DNA of 63,610 nucleotides, the filler included, from Rhabdomonas costata (Eukaryota), in the NCBI GenBank assembly GCA_019059605.1. It is 54 parts of 54 records of this genome, joined end to end, with 100 filler letters (N's around TTAATTAATTAA, not from the genome) between each part and the next. Parts side by side here need not be neighbours in the genome. Positions count along the whole stretch, not along the records: positions 60,177 to 61,255 come from JAHMHO010029707.1; positions 61,356 to 62,431 come from JAHMHO010029708.1; positions 62,532 to 63,610 come from JAHMHO010029709.1; 51 more parts are not named here. The stretch is one strand, 5' to 3'. A program made the translations under genes and the position numbers. The notes below the pieces were generated by a model. It made no database searches. It had not been told where the DNA came from and worked only from the letters and a program-made list of their open reading frames with translations. Below, piece after piece: positions 61,250 through 63,610 of this stretch. Position 1 is the first letter of the stretch. Each line of letters starts with the position of its first letter.

Positions 61250-62557
61250 GTGTGTNNNNNNNNNNNNNNNNNNNNNNNNNNNNNNNNNNNNNNNNNNNNT
61301 TAATTAATTAANNNNNNNNNNNNNNNNNNNNNNNNNNNNNNNNNNNNNNNNNNNNTTCCGAAGTCCTTGTGTTGGGAACCCAGCGAACCCGCTCCCCGGC
61401 ATGTCGACGTGTCAGTGATGCACACTCTGCACCATACCTCTTCCCCGGCGGAGGTCACCCCTGGCGCAGCGCCAGCCCAGCGCGAGACAGAAAAGCTGAG
61501 GTCTGACGCGGCGCGGGAATGCGCCAGGTTTCGTACAGGTGCGTGGGAGCTGGCCAGAAAACAGTGCATGCGGGTCGGGGAGGAGCTGGTGGTCTCCTGT
61601 AAGCGGCCGTGGAGGCGCCTCTCCAGTGCAGTGGCCGGTCGCTGCTGCGCGGTATTGGGACGGGGGGCAGAACGCTGGAACACTACCAGCAGCCTTGCGC
61701 TGAAGCGTACGTGGGTAGGTGCATAGAGCTTCCCCTCCTGGTTGCTGCTCATGCTGCCGCCTCGCGACAGCCCTTTGTCAGACCGGCCAGGGGTGAAACG
61801 ACCGGCGGCAGGGGGTCCCTCTCTGCAAAGGCTGTCTGACTTCTGCAGCAGCCGCAAGCATTGTGCAGAGGAAGCGTGATTTAGATTTTACAAGCCCCAA
61901 GAAAAAATATACAATATTTGATTTTTGAGTTTGGAAACTATCTTCAGTTCCCCAAGCAGAGAGTACATAAAGCAACAGGGATCGCCCAAAATATCAGCAC
62001 CTCTATTGGGAATACATCGTGCAAAAGGCTGCACACAATGTTGAGTTCCTTCCGTTTCTGCTTCTCATTGCGAAGAAGAAATTGACCACCAAAAAGAAAT
62101 AATAAAGCTAACGCTTGCGCTAAGCAGCCATATTCAGAAAAAATCCCTCAAAAACTTGGTTTTAACTGATGATCCCATAATCACTAAAACTCGTAAGGAG
62201 GTTGCTCCCCACATCTGAGTGACGTTCATCTCGTTGTCAACGCAAAGCGAAAAAATAAAGTTGTAGAATCGACTTTATACCTTTCGCATTGGGCGCCAAT
62301 TCAGAAATTGAACCCATTTCACAACTTTGCCAAAAAAATCGATTTGGACGTAATCATTATAAACTTTCTCTTTTCCCAAGCTTATGTTGTTGCTCCATCA
62401 GAGGTCTGCACGGTGCAACCAACAAAACACCNNNNNNNNNNNNNNNNNNNNNNNNNNNNNNNNNNNNNNNNNNNNTTAATTAATTAANNNNNNNNNNNNN
62501 NNNNNNNNNNNNNNNNNNNNNNNNNNNNNNNCGGTATGGACCATGTCACACCAAAAT

Positions 62558-63082
62558 TTACTGCAGAGGGTGGAGCCACAATCTGCTCCATCGTACGATA
62601 GCAAAAACCTTCCCCACGCTACAAGGAGGTGGAGGAAGCACCGAAGTATTGATGGGAGACGTTAGCTTTGTATCATGCCGCATTTTGCTTGGGGGCACAC
62701 CTGAGGTCGTTTTATTCACAGCACAAAAAACCACAGCCAGATCGTACCGTGGCAGTAGAGCCAGGGGCTGTTTCAAGAGGTCAGTGATCTTCTGTTGCCG
62801 GAGCACAATAAAGAGCCGCACAGTCACGGGGAGCTCATCCGCCTCTAAAAAGAAGCGCACAAGTCCCCAATCCGAGTCGCAGCCAACCTTTATGCTGACA
62901 GGCAACCACTCCTCAAGATTACTCTGGCACTCGCCCTCCTCCAGATCGAGGCGGTCCTGCTCCTCCAGGTTCAGGTGCTTAAGGTGGGTTTGAGCGCACC
63001 ATCGCTGGCAGACCAAGCAGTGATTGGGGGACCACCGGAAGCTGAGGATGTACCCCAGAATATCCTCTGGAATGGTGTTCAT
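62558..63082 (-). CDS. F-box-like protein
   Basis: N-terminal IPEDILGYILSF ... LVCQRW. Confidence 0.6.
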   Translation of the reverse strand: MNTIPEDILGYILSFRWSPNHCLVCQRWCAQTHLKHLNLEEQDRLDLEEGECQSNLEEWLPVSIKVGCDSDWGLVRFFLEADELPVTVRLFIVLRQQKITDLLKQPLALLPRYDLAVVFCAVNKTTSGVPPSKMRHDTKLTSPINTSVLPPPPCSVGKVFAIVRWSRLWLHPLQ

Positions 63083-63610
63083 GCTTACCGGAGCTGCTCA
63101 CGTAGCTTTGGATGTGCGCGGATTCACAAATAAGCTGGACGCACCATCTTCGGCGCTGACATGTGCAGCAAAGGAAGAAGGCTCGATAAAAGTAGAAACA
63201 GCTGATATGAAAACGAGGATGGGGAAAAACAGCACAGTGCCTGTGCGGCCCTCCAGCATCATGTTCGCTACAAAGCGTGAACCCTTTGCTGTGCGATAAC
63301 GTGGCGGTGTCCGAACTAGGGCCTCAGTACCGCCATCGACACACCATGGGTTGCAAAAAAAAATGAACCCTTCCCACTCATCCTGACCTTGCGCAGAACC
63401 CGGAGCCACCGTCGAAAAGCAGCGACGCGCTCTGCTCCAGAAGATAGCCACTGAAGACATCCCATCTTTGGATATTCTACCCGATGTTTTACCTGCTTCA
63501 GAGAAAGTTTACTGAACGCCCCCTTTTCACCCCAATGCGTCAATGATATAAGTTCGTCCTAGTAAAAAGTCCCATGACGAAGTACCAAAAAACCCAACCA
63601 CACCCAACAC

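Noticed and set aside
1081-62531. Regularly spaced TTAATTAATTAA as a CRISPR-like or biological repeat array
   Set aside because: It is embedded in N runs and is a six-frame stop linker added when contigs were concatenated
1-63610. A multi-gene operon or defence system inferred from neighbouring genes
   Set aside because: Contigs are similar-length, unlinked fragments, so adjacency is artificial
1-63610. Alternative genetic code, or euglenid nonconventional introns
   Set aside because: Conserved exons have no in-frame stops, and every intron I could bound on both sides is GT-AG; nonconventional introns cannot be called without transcripts
1-63610. rRNA, tRNA, SL RNA or snRNA genes
   Set aside because: None recognised by eye; a covariance-model search would be needed to exclude them

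Overview
This window is not a contiguous locus. It is 54 unrelated contigs of about 1.08 kb, each joined by an artificial 100-nt linker (N-run, TTAATTAATTAA, N-run) that puts stops in all six frames, so gene neighbourhood across contigs means nothing. The DNA is eukaryotic nuclear sequence with GT/GC-AG introns and short exons. Donor sites look like GTGTG/GTGCG/GTCTG rather than GTRAGT, pyrimidine tracts plus AG sit just before several start codons, and there are sensor/cyclase fragments and a chagasin-like gene. Together these suggest a euglenid-like protist (inference). G/T-only 5' ends, C/A-only 3' ends and perfect fold-back repeats indicate whole-genome-amplified material. Recognisable fragments include protein kinases, a mitochondrial carrier, a MavL/DUF4804-like protein, a chagasin-like inhibitor, an alkaline-phosphatase-superfamily enzyme, SprT/Spartan, ankyrin, a MASE3-like sensor, a HECT E3, class III cyclases, an FAD/NAD reductase, UBZ4, WD40, CCCH+EEP and F-box domains, a decayed Ty3/Gypsy pol and a two-copy MITE family. 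The best leads are an intron-containing MASE3-like prokaryote-type sensor, a CCCH-EEP pseudo-deadenylase, a PAS-linked pseudo-cyclase, the MavL-like hydrolase, the MITE family and a self-circularising 953-bp contig. No multi-gene system can be shown from such fragments. All family calls come from motif recognition by eye and need HMM confirmation.
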